From an uncultured Thermodesulfatator sp. (GTDB lineage Bacteria; Desulfobacterota; Dissulfuribacteria; Dissulfuribacterales; QOAL01): a stretch of DNA of 64,000 nucleotides. The notes under the pieces are model-generated. The model had not been told where the DNA came from. It searched no databases and worked only from the letters and a program-made list of their open reading frames with translations. The stretch covers positions 3,865 through 67,864 of the forward strand of contig CAZOMT010000034.1 of assembly GCA_964581255.1 (NCBI GenBank), given 5' to 3'. Shown piece by piece: positions 1 through 9,764 of the stretch. Made by a program: the position numbers and the translations under genes. The number at the start of each line of letters is the position of its first letter. Within the stretch, counting starts at the first letter, position 1.

Positions 1-1
1 T

Positions 2-271
2 CCTGATTTTCACCAGCGTTTTGTTCAAGGCAAGGTGGTCATGTTGGGATGCCCCAAATTTGATGATCCTTCCGAATATGTTCAGAGATTCAGCCAGATA
101 TTTGCACAAAATCAAATAAACAGCATCTCTACCATAATCATGGAAGTGCCATGCTGTTCAGCCATGCTTGGCATCTTGAAAAAGGCATTAGAAGAAGCGG
201 GTAAGTCATTGAAGATCAAAAAGACCGTAATCGGCTTGAAAGGCGCCATCCTTCAAGAAGATACTGATTAA
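2..271 (+). CDS. 3' fragment of a Cys-rich putative Fe-S/redox protein; the 5' end lies outside the window
   Basis: The frame is open from the window edge (PDFHQRFVQGKVVMLGCPKFDD...MEVPCCSAML...) and stops at 269-271. Cysteine motifs are present, but a fragment does not allow a firm family assignment. Confidence 0.45.
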   Translation, partial: PDFHQRFVQGKVVMLGCPKFDDPSEYVQRFSQIFAQNQINSISTIIMEVPCCSAMLGILKKALEEAGKSLKIKKTVIGLKGAILQEDTD

Positions 272-447
272 AAAACTGTGCGCATCTTCGGTTTTTCCGG
301 AAAAGGAGTATCTGAATGGGATAAGGATGTGAGTTGACATGGATGAATTTTTGCCAAAAGCCCTTTTCTGAATCGGCTGAAACAGCATGCTCACAAGAAT
401 CTGGATATGTTCTTAACTCTTTTGAAGAATTATGGGATAGCCCCGAA

Positions 448-596
448 GAGAAGGGGAAAGGTGGGCCTAAAAGGGCCTTGGAAGCAGAAGTCCGCCCTGA
501 CAAGCTTCTAAGGCTTGGCTTCACTGAAACCTCCAAAGCCGCTAGCTTATAGAGGCTTCGGGTGCTTCGCCTCGCCTGGGAATCTGTAACAGGCTC
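448..596. repeat. Copy A of a dispersed intergenic element of about 150 nt (candidate structured RNA or miniature repeat)
   Basis: Aligns in the same orientation with 43821..43979 at roughly 70% identity by eye. Shared blocks are GAAAAGGGG..GGGCCT.AAAGG, GCTTC.AAGGC, CTGAAAC, CTCCAAAG.CGCT.GCTT, GCTTCGC and GAATCTGTAAC.GGCTC. An internal hairpin lies at 516..541. Confidence 0.7.
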
Positions 597-750
597 TTTC
601 AATGGTTTTTAAACCCTGCCAGCCCCCCTTTTCCCCCGGTCTTAGAAAGGCTAAGCCTGACCTGACTTTTGAACAGACTATTTGGGATCGGCATCAGGGT
701 TCCTATTTGCCGGAAGAATCACATTTTCTTCATGCACCTAGCCTTAAACG

Positions 751-1497
751 ATGATATCATCTGAAAAACACAGGAGAAAAGACGTGTCGAGACTGCTTGC
801 CTTAAAGGCCATCTATGATTTCTATGACAAGTTTGTAAAGGGGTTTTCCATAGCGTGCAAAAAGGGGTGCCATACATGTTGTACCACGAACGTCACTGCG
901 ACAAGCCTTGAAGTAGACTACCTCCTTCAATCCAAGAATCTCAACGGAGTCTGCCTCGAAAAGCTTGAAGAACAAAGAAAAGAGACCCATTTTATCCCAA
1001 GCACTACCATCAACACAACGGCAGCCATGTGTCTAGCCCAAAAGGACATACCTGAAGAGACTTCTCCCATCACCTTTAACCCGTGTCCGCTCCTCGATAA
1101 CCAAGGGCTATGCACGGTTTATGAACACAGGCCCTTTTCCTGCAGGTCTATGTCTTCAGAAACAGTATGTACCCAGGGTGGACAGGCAGATATGCCGCCA
1201 TTTCTCGTCACAGTGAATCTTGCCATATACCAAATACTGGAGCACATAGACAGTGAGGGCTGGTACGGCAACCTCCTGGACATGGTGCCGATTTCCATGG
1301 CGGGAAAGGAGCGCGCCCCGCAAATGGTTGCTGAATGCCAGGGCATCATAAAGACCAATCGTAAGCTGCCATGCTTCATTGTGCCACCAGACGATGCTGT
1401 CCGGTTCAGGTCGTTCATGAGGCGGCTCGCCAAGCAAGACGCAGGACAATACACCATTGGGGAACTACTGCCTGAAGATTACACCATCCTTTCTTGA
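751..1497 (+). CDS. YkgJ-family (CxxCxxCC-type) cysteine-cluster protein
   Basis: 248-aa ORF with CKKGCHTCC near the N-terminus and CPLLDNQGLCTVYEHRPFSCRS, which is typical of the putative zinc/iron-chelating PF03692 family. Confidence 0.6.
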   Translation: MISSEKHRRKDVSRLLALKAIYDFYDKFVKGFSIACKKGCHTCCTTNVTATSLEVDYLLQSKNLNGVCLEKLEEQRKETHFIPSTTINTTAAMCLAQKDIPEETSPITFNPCPLLDNQGLCTVYEHRPFSCRSMSSETVCTQGGQADMPPFLVTVNLAIYQILEHIDSEGWYGNLLDMVPISMAGKERAPQMVAECQGIIKTNRKLPCFIVPPDDAVRFRSFMRRLAKQDAGQYTIGELLPEDYTILS

Positions 1498-1533
1498 ACC
1501 TTCCAAAACCTCCAGACTAAAAGCTCCAATATC

Positions 1534-1562
1534 AAAAGGCCGTCCGTACAGGCGGCCTTTTT
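1534..1562. terminator. Bidirectional rho-independent terminator between convergent genes
   Basis: AAAA-GGCCGTC-CGTACA-GGCGGCC-TTTTT: a 7-bp GC-rich stem (one G.U pair) flanked by an A-run and a T-run. It lies between the 3' ends of 751..1497(+) and 1605..1946(-). Confidence 0.75.
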
Positions 1563-1604
1563 GATGGAGAAGTCTGGAAAAGGAACTATTCTTTGATTAA
1601 TTGA

Positions 1605-1946
1605 TCAACCGTATGCATGGGTGCCAAGTACACATGGAACCTTGTACTTTTCCTCGACGATCTTCTTAAATTCGTCGAAATCGTGATTTTTGCACATTGG
1701 AACAGCCTTTACCATACAATTGCTCAGATGTATGGCATCGACCTTGACGTTTTTCATCACGCTGCCGATGTTGTTGATGGTTGCCCTGCCAGGACATTTG
1801 CAGCGCAGGAACGCAACGATTACAGGATCATCATACTTTGCAAACTCCCCATTCTTTTCTTTTACAGCATTGATGCATTTGTACTCTCCTGGACAGCCAT
1901 ATCCTGCGTCCATGTAAGAGCTACAACCAATTACCAAGATGTTCAT
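1605..1946 (-). CDS. CGGC domain-containing protein
   Basis: 113-aa ORF with GCSSYMDAGYGCPGEYKC and RCKCPGR cysteine motifs, and a size typical of the CGGC-domain family. Confidence 0.6.
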   Translation of the reverse strand: MNILVIGCSSYMDAGYGCPGEYKCINAVKEKNGEFAKYDDPVIVAFLRCKCPGRATINNIGSVMKNVKVDAIHLSNCMVKAVPMCKNHDFDEFKKIVEEKYKVPCVLGTHAYG

Positions 1947-2259
1947 CTGTAGACCTCCTTTTCCTTTTTTTGGGTTAGACCAAAAAATTCCCTTTACCCA
2001 ATGGCTTTGTTACATTCGAGAAATAATCGCCAAACAGTGCTGTGCTTGCAATCACTTCCTCCATGCGTTTAGCCCTTGAATAAAACTTCTGTTTTTTAGA
2101 ACACCCTTTAATTATTATTTTTGAAATTACATGTGTTATGAAAAAATTCAAGGGTTGATATTGAACTACGAGTTGACTCAAAAGGGCTTTTTAATGATAA
2201 TGCCGTGGATTTATATAGAGATTATAGTACAAGAAGGCGACTTCGACCAGGAAGGATAA

Positions 2260-3399
2260 GTGAGAAAATTCACCACCAGCGAAAAACAATTCATGCGTGC
2301 AGCAATAAGGCTTGCCCAAAAAGGCCTCGGCTTCACATCCCCCAACCCTGCAGTTGGGGCAGTAATAGTAAAAGATGGCCGTATAGTAGGAAAAGGCTAT
2401 CACAAGATGGCTGGCTCTGCCCACGCAGAAGTCAATGCCATCAAAGACGCAGGGCCCCTTTGTCGGGGTGCAGAAATCTTTGTCACCCTTGAGCCTTGCA
2501 ACCACACTGGTCGCACCCCGCCATGCACCAGGGCTATCCTTGATGCCGGTTTAAAACGGGTGGTTGTCGGAGCTTCAGACCCCAATCCGACAGTCAAGGG
2601 AGGAGGAAGTGATTTTTTGAAGTCCAAGGGCCTGGACGTAGCGTGTGGGCTTTTGGAACAGGAATGTAGACTCCTCCTTGCCCCCTTTGCAAAATCGGTC
2701 AAGACCGGGCTTCCCTGGGTGAGGGCCAAGACAGCGTGTAGCCTGGACGGTAGGATTGCCACCAGAACTGGGCATTCAAAATGGATCACAAACGAAAAGG
2801 CACGTCAATATGGCCAGAGGCTCAGACAGATTAGCGACGCCATAATAGTGGGCAAAGGAACAGTAGAGGCAGACAACCCAAGTCTCACCTGGAGGCCAAG
2901 GTCCACACTAGAGAGAAAAAAGAGGCTCCTTCGCATAATACTTGACAGCCGACTCGAAAGTCCTGCAGAATCAACAGTATATTCTCCGTTGAAAAATGCG
3001 CCTACGCTTATAGCCACTACATCGCCAGACAATACAAAAAGGCGCACCCTGGAAGCCAAAGGAGTTGAAGTGGTGGAGCTTCCTCCAGATACTCAGGGCC
3101 GTCCAGACATCACCTCCCTTTTGCAATACTTGGGCGGCAAGGGCATCCAAGCAGTGCTAGTGGAAGGAGGGGCAGGAGTGCTTGGAAGTTTTTATGACAA
3201 TAATGCGGTTGATGAAGCATTCTTCTTCTTTGCTCCTCTGGTTATTGGTGGAGAAAATTCTAAGGCGGCCATAGAAGGCGTTGGGGCAGATCTTCTGGAA
3301 CAGGCCAAAAGGCTCAAGGGCCTCACCATTCACCGCCTTGGCGACAACTGGCTCGTAAGAGGAGTTATCGCAGATCTCGACAGCTTCTGGAGACGTTAA
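2260..3399 (+). CDS. ribD: Bifunctional riboflavin biosynthesis protein RibD (pyrimidine deaminase / uracil reductase)
   Basis: Deaminase zinc motifs HAEVNA and PCNHTGRTPPC, followed by a C-terminal reductase domain. It is the first gene of the rib cluster and has a GTG start. Confidence 0.9.
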   Translation: MRKFTTSEKQFMRAAIRLAQKGLGFTSPNPAVGAVIVKDGRIVGKGYHKMAGSAHAEVNAIKDAGPLCRGAEIFVTLEPCNHTGRTPPCTRAILDAGLKRVVVGASDPNPTVKGGGSDFLKSKGLDVACGLLEQECRLLLAPFAKSVKTGLPWVRAKTACSLDGRIATRTGHSKWITNEKARQYGQRLRQISDAIIVGKGTVEADNPSLTWRPRSTLERKKRLLRIILDSRLESPAESTVYSPLKNAPTLIATTSPDNTKRRTLEAKGVEVVELPPDTQGRPDITSLLQYLGGKGIQAVLVEGGAGVLGSFYDNNAVDEAFFFFAPLVIGGENSKAAIEGVGADLLEQAKRLKGLTIHRLGDNWLVRGVIADLDSFWRR

Positions 3400-3403
3400 A
3401 CAT

Positions 3404-4069
3404 ATGTTTACTGGGATAATAGAAGGCCTTGGAACCATAACTGGCATAAGCTCTGCCTCTCAGGGTGTGAGATTCAAGATAAGGCCCGATTTCCACATGG
3501 ATGATCCGGAAACTGGTGAAAGTATCGCCGTTAATGGAGCCTGTCTCACAGCCACTGATTTCACCGCAGATTCCTTCATGGTGGATGTATCGCCTGAAAC
3601 CTTGTCGAGAACTACACTCGGGACATTCAAAGCAGGCACCAGGGTTAACCTGGAACGCGCCCTCAAGCTTTCAGATAGACTTGGAGGCCATATTGTGAGC
3701 GGCCATGTGGACTGTGTAGCAACCATAGCAGAAAGGGCCCCCCAGGGAGAGTTTACGATATTTTCGTTCCGTATCGAGCCCAGATTCGACCGTTATCTCA
3801 TTGAAAAGGGCTCTGTTGCCATTGACGGAATCAGCCTTACAGTCAATACATGCGGTAAAGGCAGCTTTTCCGTTGCCATTATTCCCCATACGGCTAAACT
3901 TACGACCTTGTCCTTTAAAAAGGCAGGAGACAAGGTAAATATTGAGCTGGACATTATAGGAAAGTATATTGAAAAATTGCTTCTTACAACAGATGAAAAG
4001 GAACCATCAGACAAAACGTCTAAGGCCAAGGTGGACAAGGATCTCCTGGCCAGGCATGGCTTTCTGTAA
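3404..4069 (+). CDS. ribE: Riboflavin synthase (alpha chain)
   Basis: MFTGIIEGLG N-terminus and two lumazine-binding repeats (second repeat ...GGHIVSGHVD...). Located in the rib cluster. Confidence 0.9.
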   Translation: MFTGIIEGLGTITGISSASQGVRFKIRPDFHMDDPETGESIAVNGACLTATDFTADSFMVDVSPETLSRTTLGTFKAGTRVNLERALKLSDRLGGHIVSGHVDCVATIAERAPQGEFTIFSFRIEPRFDRYLIEKGSVAIDGISLTVNTCGKGSFSVAIIPHTAKLTTLSFKKAGDKVNIELDIIGKYIEKLLLTTDEKEPSDKTSKAKVDKDLLARHGFL

Positions 4070-4182
4070 TTCTTTTCACGAGCTTGGCAAACAGATTTTA
4101 AGAGCGACACTGTTGGCCACAATGTTTTTTTAGAGGCAATTATTTATTTGAGTTAAAATATAATCTGGAGTCTTAGATCACC

Positions 4183-5394
4183 ATGGCAAAATCTACTATT
4201 GAAGAAGCGATTGAAGATATTAAACAAGGAAAAATGGTTATCCTTGTTGATGATGAAGACAGGGAAAATGAAGGGGATCTCTGCCTTGCTGCAGAAAAGG
4301 TTACTCCTGAAGCCATCAACTTTATGGCAAAATACGGCAGGGGCCTCATATGCCTTGCTCTAACAGGCGACATGGTTGACAGGCTTGGGCTGCCCATGAT
4401 GGCCTCCAAGAACACTTCCCGCTTCGGCACTGCCTTTACCGTTTCCATAGAAGCCAGAAGGGGAGTGACTACTGGCATCTCGGCCCACGATAGGGCCACT
4501 ACCATCCAGACCGTCATGAAGGATGGCTGTGGACCAGACGATATAGCCACACCAGGGCATGTTTTCCCGCTACGGGCCAGGGATGGAGGTGTGCTAGTAA
4601 GGGCTGGACAGACCGAAGGCTCCGTGGACCTTGCCCGTTTGGCTGGCCTCAAGCCTGCTGGAGTCATCTGCGAAATCATGAAAGACGATGGCACCATGGC
4701 CAGAATGCCAGACCTCGAAGTCTTTGCCCAGGAACACGGGCTAAAGATCGTCACCATTGCTGATCTCATAGAATACCGCCTGAGGACCGAATGCTTTGTA
4801 AAGAGAGAGGTTGAAACCAGGTTGCCTTCAAGGTTTGGTGGGGAATGGAAACTCATAGCATATACCTCAGTCCTGGATACCCATGAGCACCTCGCCCTGA
4901 TCCTTGGGGAACCAGTCATAAGACCAGATGAGGAAATACTGGTACGGGTCCATTCAGAATGCCTCACAGGAGACGTATTTGGCTCTCTCAGGTGCGATTG
5001 CGGACCTCAACTCCAGCGTGCCATGATGCAAATCGGCAGGGAAGGAAGAGGTGTCCTCCTTTACATGCGACAGGAAGGCAGGGGTATCGGGCTCCTCAAC
5101 AAACTAAAGGCCTACCAACTCCAGGACCATGGCAGGGACACAGTTGAGGCCAACAAGGAACTCGGCTTCAAGCCAGATCTCAGGGACTATGGAGTAGGCG
5201 CGCAAATATTGAGGGACCTTGGCATCAGAAAGATGCGTCTTATGACGAACAATCCAAAAAAGATCGTTGGACTTGAGGGATATGGCCTTGAGGTAGTAGA
5301 ACGCGTGCCCATAGAAATTCCACCCCAAGAGGAAAACATCAACTACCTCAAATGCAAGGCCGAAAAGATGGGCCATCTTCTCCACATAGATTAA
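4183..5394 (+). CDS. ribBA: Bifunctional 3,4-dihydroxy-2-butanone-4-phosphate synthase / GTP cyclohydrolase II
   Basis: DHBP synthase half ([11 protein letters not shown]) and GTP cyclohydrolase II half ([20 protein letters not shown]). Confidence 0.92.
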   Translation: MAKSTIEEAIEDIKQGKMVILVDDEDRENEGDLCLAAEKVTPEAINFMAKYGRGLICLALTGDMVDRLGLPMMASKNTSRFGTAFTVSIEARRGVTTGISAHDRATTIQTVMKDGCGPDDIATPGHVFPLRARDGGVLVRAGQTEGSVDLARLAGLKPAGVICEIMKDDGTMARMPDLEVFAQEHGLKIVTIADLIEYRLRTECFVKREVETRLPSRFGGEWKLIAYTSVLDTHEHLALILGEPVIRPDEEILVRVHSECLTGDVFGSLRCDCGPQLQRAMMQIGREGRGVLLYMRQEGRGIGLLNKLKAYQLQDHGRDTVEANKELGFKPDLRDYGVGAQILRDLGIRKMRLMTNNPKKIVGLEGYGLEVVERVPIEIPPQEENINYLKCKAEKMGHLLHID

Positions 5395-5510
5395 GGGGAG
5401 AGAATCCTGATCACAGGCAGCATATACGAGGCCCTTAATTCTTTGTTGCACCTTGTAAACAGAATGGAACCAACTTGCATGGATTTAGACGTTATGAGGG
5501 AGGACATCAA

Positions 5511-5981
5511 ATGCCGATAAATTTCGAAGGAAATCTCAATGCAGAAGGGCTCAAGATCGGTATCATAGTGGCCCGTTTCAATGAATTTATCTCCAGCAAG
5601 CTACTTGGAGGAAGCCTTGATGCCTTGGTGCGTCATGGTGCAAGGGACGAAGACATAGAAATAGCTTGGGTGCCTGGAGCCTTTGAGATACCACTTATTG
5701 CAAAACGCATGGCTGCCTCAGGCAAGTATGATTGTGTCATATGCCTTGGCTGCATAATCAGGGGCGCTACACCACATTTTGACTACGTTGCGGCGGAATC
5801 ATCCAAGGGTATTGCTCAAGTTGCCATGAAGGCAGATTGCCCTGTGGCATTTGGTGTGCTCACCACAGAAACCATCGAACAGGCCATAGAACGAGCCGGA
5901 ACCAAGGCGGGCAACAAGGGCTGGGACGCAGCTCTAGCCGCAGTGGAAATGGCCAATCTTCTGAAAGAGATAGATGTCTAA
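5511..5981 (+). CDS. ribH: 6,7-dimethyl-8-ribityllumazine synthase
   Basis: MPINFEGNL...VARFNEFI...[10 protein letters not shown] motifs. The start was moved to the ATG at 5511, which lies inside the longer track ORF beginning at 5475. Confidence 0.9.
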   Translation: MPINFEGNLNAEGLKIGIIVARFNEFISSKLLGGSLDALVRHGARDEDIEIAWVPGAFEIPLIAKRMAASGKYDCVICLGCIIRGATPHFDYVAAESSKGIAQVAMKADCPVAFGVLTTETIEQAIERAGTKAGNKGWDAALAAVEMANLLKEIDV

Positions 5982-6442
5982 TGGCCAGTAGGCGCAAGGG
6001 ACGCACAATTGCACTCCAGGTTCTATATCAGGCAGACTGGACAAAGGGCATGAAGCCTGAAGACGCGACAGAATTCACCAAAAGGACCCTGCAGGATTAT
6101 GAAAAGGACCTTGCGCCAAAGGGTATCAAAAAAAATCCCGAACTCATGAATTTTGTGGAGCTGTTAGTCTCGGGAGTGTTAAGCAAGCGCCAGGAGATAG
6201 ATTCCATAATTAGCAGGTTCTCAAGAAAATGGAAGCTTGAACGCATGGCCGCTGTAGACAGAAACATCTTGCGTCTCGGCATTTTTGAACTTTGTTATCT
6301 CCACGAGATTCCACCAAGAGTGGCAATAAACGAAGCCGTTGAGCTGGCAAAGAGGTTTGGAGACTCTAATTCTGCAGGATTTGTAAATGGCATCCTGGAT
6401 TCTGTTTTTCAGGAAGTGTGCCAGAAGAAGAAAACTGATTAA
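5981..6442 (+). CDS. nusB: Transcription antitermination factor NusB
   Basis: [18 protein letters not shown]-terminus. Its ATG overlaps the ribH stop (TAATG). The ribH-nusB order is a conserved arrangement. Confidence 0.88.
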   Translation: MASRRKGRTIALQVLYQADWTKGMKPEDATEFTKRTLQDYEKDLAPKGIKKNPELMNFVELLVSGVLSKRQEIDSIISRFSRKWKLERMAAVDRNILRLGIFELCYLHEIPPRVAINEAVELAKRFGDSNSAGFVNGILDSVFQEVCQKKKTD

Positions 6443-6500
6443 CAAATCCATAAAGGCTCGATAGGGAATACCATTCAGTCAACACACAGAACATAAAAGA

Positions 6501-9008
6501 ATGAAATATAACTTCACTGAAATTGAACAAAGACAGCAAAAGCTCTGGGAAGAGGCAGACGTTTTCAAGATTGACGACCAAAAGGCATCTCGGCCCTACT
6601 ATTGCCTAGAGATGTTCCCCTATCCTTCCGGCAGGATTCACATGGGGCACGTAAGGAACTATTCCATAGGGGATGTCATTGCACGATTCAGAAAGATGCG
6701 GGGCTTTGATGTGCTACATCCCATGGGCTGGGACGCCTTTGGACTGCCTGCAGAAAATGCCGCCATTAAACATGGGATACATCCAGCCAAATGGACTTAT
6801 GAAAACATCGACTATATGAGGCGGCAACTCAAGCGAATGGGCCTTTCTTACGATTGGAGCAGGGAAATAGCCACCTGTGACCCAAACTACTACAAGTGGG
6901 AACAGCTTATCTTCATTGAAATGATGAAAAAAGGACTGGTCTATTCAAAAAAGTCCAAGGTCAACTGGTGTGAACAGTGCCAAACCGTTCTTGCGAATGA
7001 GCAGGTGGAGGAAGGCCGATGCTGGAGGTGTGACACAGAGGTGGAAGAAAGAGAACTGGATGGATGGTTCTTCAAGATAACCGCCTATGCAGAAGAGCTC
7101 CTTGAAGGGTGCGACAAGCTTACTGGATGGCCTGAAAAGGTCCTTACCATGCAGAAAAACTGGATAGGAAAAAGTATAGGCGCAGAGATAGAATTCCCTG
7201 TAAAGGCGAGTAAAGAGATCATAAAGGTCTTCACCACCCGGCCTGATACCCTCTTTGGCGTAACGTTCATGAGCCTATCGCCTGAACATCCTTTGGCCCT
7301 GGAGCTTTCACGTGGAACCCAGCAAGAACAGTATGTAAAAAACTTTGTTGAGAAGTGGAAAAAACGGCTGAAATCAGAAAGATATGGAGATACGGAAAAG
7401 GAAGGTGTTTTCACTGGCAGCTACGCATTGCATCCCATAACCGGAGAGGATATCCCTATTTATATCGCAAACTTCGTGCTCATGGAATATGGAACAGGCG
7501 CAGTGATGGCTGTTCCAGCACACGACCAGAGGGATTTTGAATTTGCAAAAAGATACAATCTGCCTATCCGCCTTGTAATCTGTCCCAGAGATAAAAAATT
7601 GGCCCCAGACAACATGGAAGAAGCATGGGAAGGACCTGGAATTCTAGTAAATTCCGGCCCCTTTGATGGCATGGACAACCAGGAGGCCAAAAAGGCCATA
7701 GTGGATTTTCTCGAAAAGGAAGGAAAGGGCCAAAAAAAGATAACATACAGACTCAGGGACTGGGGTATCTCGCGCCAGCGCTATTGGGGTGCCCCAATAC
7801 CAATAGTACACTGCCCAAAGTGTGGTGCAGTACCAGTCAGGACGGAAGATCTACCAGTAAAGCTTCCTTCCGATGTGGAATTTGACCCCAAGGGGCGCTC
7901 CCCCCTGCCCACTCTCAAAAGTTTTTATGAAACCACATGTCCTAAGTGTGGCGGAGAAGCCAGAAGAGAAACAGACACCATGGACACCTTTGTGGAATCC
8001 TCCTGGTACTTTGCGCGCTACATCTGTCCTGACGAAGAACAAAGGCCCCTGGACAAGGCCAGAGTGGACAGATGGCTTCCTGTGGACCAATATGTTGGAG
8101 GAATAGAACACGCGATTTTGCACCTGCTTTATTCCAGATTCTTCACGAAGGTGCTTAGAGACCTGGATTATCTTTCTGCGGATGAGCCTTTTGACAGATT
8201 GCTAACGCAGGGGATGGTACTAAAAGACGGCGCAAAGATGTCCAAATCAAAGGGAAACGTGGTGGACCCCAACACCATGATACAACGCTATGGCGCTGAC
8301 ACTGTCCGTCTTTTCATCCTTTTTGCAGCCCCCCCTGAAAGGGATCTCGAATGGAGTGACAGGGGCGTTGAAGGGGCACACAGGTTTCTACAAAGGATTT
8401 GGCGCCTTGTAGTGGATAATCTCGAAATGTTGAAACAGGCGTGTTCGGAAGGCTTCCCTAAGGCGTCTGAGGCGGCATCCCAGCATCAAACCCTGAAAAG
8501 GCTTAGGCAAAAGACCCATCAAACCATCCTCAAGGTCACCCAGGATATAGAAGAACGATATCATTTCAATACGGCTATAAGTGCCATTATGGAACTTGCC
8601 AATGAAACCACCGCCTTATTGCGCGATGCCTCTGGAAACGAGAACAAACTTTCCCAAAAAGATCTCTGGCCTGTGATCCTGGAAGCCGTCGAAACCATGT
8701 TGCTCCTTCTTAGCCCAGTAGTACCCCATATAACGGCAGAACTTTGGAGCCTTCTTGGGCATGAAAAGATCATTAGCCTGGAGGACTGGCCAAGTGCAGA
8801 TGAAACAGCAGCCAAGGTGGACACTGTCACCATAGTGGTTCAGATCAAGGGAAAGGTGCGGGGTAAAGTCCAGGCACCTGCTGGCTCAAGCCAGGAAGAG
8901 GTAGAGGCACTTGCCATGAAGGAGGCAAATGTCAAAAAACACTTGGATGGGAAAAACATAAGGAAGATCATCTACATAAAGGACAGGATATTGAACATTG
9001 TGGTATAA
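6501..9008 (+). CDS. leuS: Leucine--tRNA ligase
   Basis: 835 aa with class I signatures HMGH ([11 protein letters not shown]) and KMSKS ([10 protein letters not shown]). Confidence 0.97.
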   Translation: MKYNFTEIEQRQQKLWEEADVFKIDDQKASRPYYCLEMFPYPSGRIHMGHVRNYSIGDVIARFRKMRGFDVLHPMGWDAFGLPAENAAIKHGIHPAKWTYENIDYMRRQLKRMGLSYDWSREIATCDPNYYKWEQLIFIEMMKKGLVYSKKSKVNWCEQCQTVLANEQVEEGRCWRCDTEVEERELDGWFFKITAYAEELLEGCDKLTGWPEKVLTMQKNWIGKSIGAEIEFPVKASKEIIKVFTTRPDTLFGVTFMSLSPEHPLALELSRGTQQEQYVKNFVEKWKKRLKSERYGDTEKEGVFTGSYALHPITGEDIPIYIANFVLMEYGTGAVMAVPAHDQRDFEFAKRYNLPIRLVICPRDKKLAPDNMEEAWEGPGILVNSGPFDGMDNQEAKKAIVDFLEKEGKGQKKITYRLRDWGISRQRYWGAPIPIVHCPKCGAVPVRTEDLPVKLPSDVEFDPKGRSPLPTLKSFYETTCPKCGGEARRETDTMDTFVESSWYFARYICPDEEQRPLDKARVDRWLPVDQYVGGIEHAILHLLYSRFFTKVLRDLDYLSADEPFDRLLTQGMVLKDGAKMSKSKGNVVDPNTMIQRYGADTVRLFILFAAPPERDLEWSDRGVEGAHRFLQRIWRLVVDNLEMLKQACSEGFPKASEAASQHQTLKRLRQKTHQTILKVTQDIEERYHFNTAISAIMELANETTALLRDASGNENKLSQKDLWPVILEAVETMLLLLSPVVPHITAELWSLLGHEKIISLEDWPSADETAAKVDTVTIVVQIKGKVRGKVQAPAGSSQEEVEALAMKEANVKKHLDGKNIRKIIYIKDRILNIVV

Positions 9009-9534
9009 AATCTGGACCAGTAAACTCTTTGCGCTGCTGTTGGCAGCCTCTTTCTGTTGTATCGTTACGTCTTGTGGATATCACCGCCAGGAAACAAGTG
9101 CACAGCTTCCCCAATGGGTGCGCACCATTTACGTAGCCCCAGTAAAGAATAATAGCAATGAACTGCGCCTTGGCACCTGGATAACAGATGAACTTAGAGA
9201 AGAATTTCTCAGAGACAGTGGGCTTAAACTAGTGCCCAAGGAAGAGGCAGATGTAGTCCTTGAAGGCATGGTAATAAGCGCCTATACCACAGGGCTTTCC
9301 TATGTACGCTATGATGTCGCAGTGGAAAGGCGCATAGGGGTGGAATGTTCAGTCAAGCTCATGGATCCAAAAACCGGCAAAGAGATCTGGCAGAGTGCAA
9401 ATATATACAGAGAGGAAGGCTTTTATGTGGCCAAAGACATCATGACCACAGAGGACAGGAAAGACACGGCCCTCAAAAAGATAAGCCAAGACATCGCAGA
9501 GATAGTGCACCACAGGATAACTGGTGTTTTTTGA
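8998..9534 (+). CDS. lptE: LptE-like LPS-assembly lipoprotein
   Basis: Lipoprotein signal ([15 protein letters not shown]), 178 aa, immediately after and overlapping leuS, which is the conserved leuS-lptE synteny. The TTG start is uncertain. Confidence 0.55.
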   Translation: MWYKIWTSKLFALLLAASFCCIVTSCGYHRQETSAQLPQWVRTIYVAPVKNNSNELRLGTWITDELREEFLRDSGLKLVPKEEADVVLEGMVISAYTTGLSYVRYDVAVERRIGVECSVKLMDPKTGKEIWQSANIYREEGFYVAKDIMTTEDRKDTALKKISQDIAEIVHHRITGVF

Positions 9535-9735
9535 TTTACCTTCCCGCCCGCCTGTCCACGTCCAATGACATGAGGCTATATCTCAGATCACCGGATGGCT
9601 GCAAACTTCTTATATGCCGCAATAACTATATCTTTTTGGAAAACGATCCACAAAAGGAGTAAACCGGACTTTAATTTTTAGCCCTTTCCTCCAGATCGAC
9701 TCATACATAACTGACTGCAAATCCAAGGTTCTTCA

Positions 9736-9764
9736 GTGCCTGAACGACATTCAGCACCGTTTTT
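9736..9764 (+). terminator. Rho-independent terminator (plus-strand sense) overlapping the 3' end of the convergent permease gene
   Basis: GUGCCUGAA-CGACA-UUCAGCAC: an 8-bp stem with one bulged C, followed by CGTTTTT. Confidence 0.5.

Noticed and set aside
216-602. ORFs spanning repeat copy A (334..552 on plus, 216..602 on minus) as protein-coding genes.
   Set aside because: Nucleotide conservation with copy B runs past the plus-strand stop codon. Copy B lacks a start codon in the corresponding frame, and no ORF of 60 aa or more is reported on the minus strand across copy B. The compensatory hairpin changes favour an RNA- or DNA-level element.
1975-2181. 68-aa ORF on the minus strand between the CGGC-domain gene and ribD.
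   Set aside because: It has a TTG start, no RBS and no motifs, and it lies in the AT-rich divergent promoter region. There is not enough evidence to call a gene.
1947-2259. An FMN (RFN) riboswitch expected upstream of ribD, and similarly at 4070..4182 upstream of ribBA.
   Set aside because: I could not find the conserved RFN core segments (for example GGGCGGGGCGAAATTCCCCACCGG-like and AGTCTGGATGGGAGA-like blocks) on either strand. The region is AT-rich with no matching helices.
4173-4967. 264-aa ORF antisense to ribBA.
   Set aside because: It lies entirely inside a confidently identified gene on the other strand. Its composition is Ser/Arg/Pro-rich and low in complexity, typical of antisense frames, and it has no recognisable motifs.
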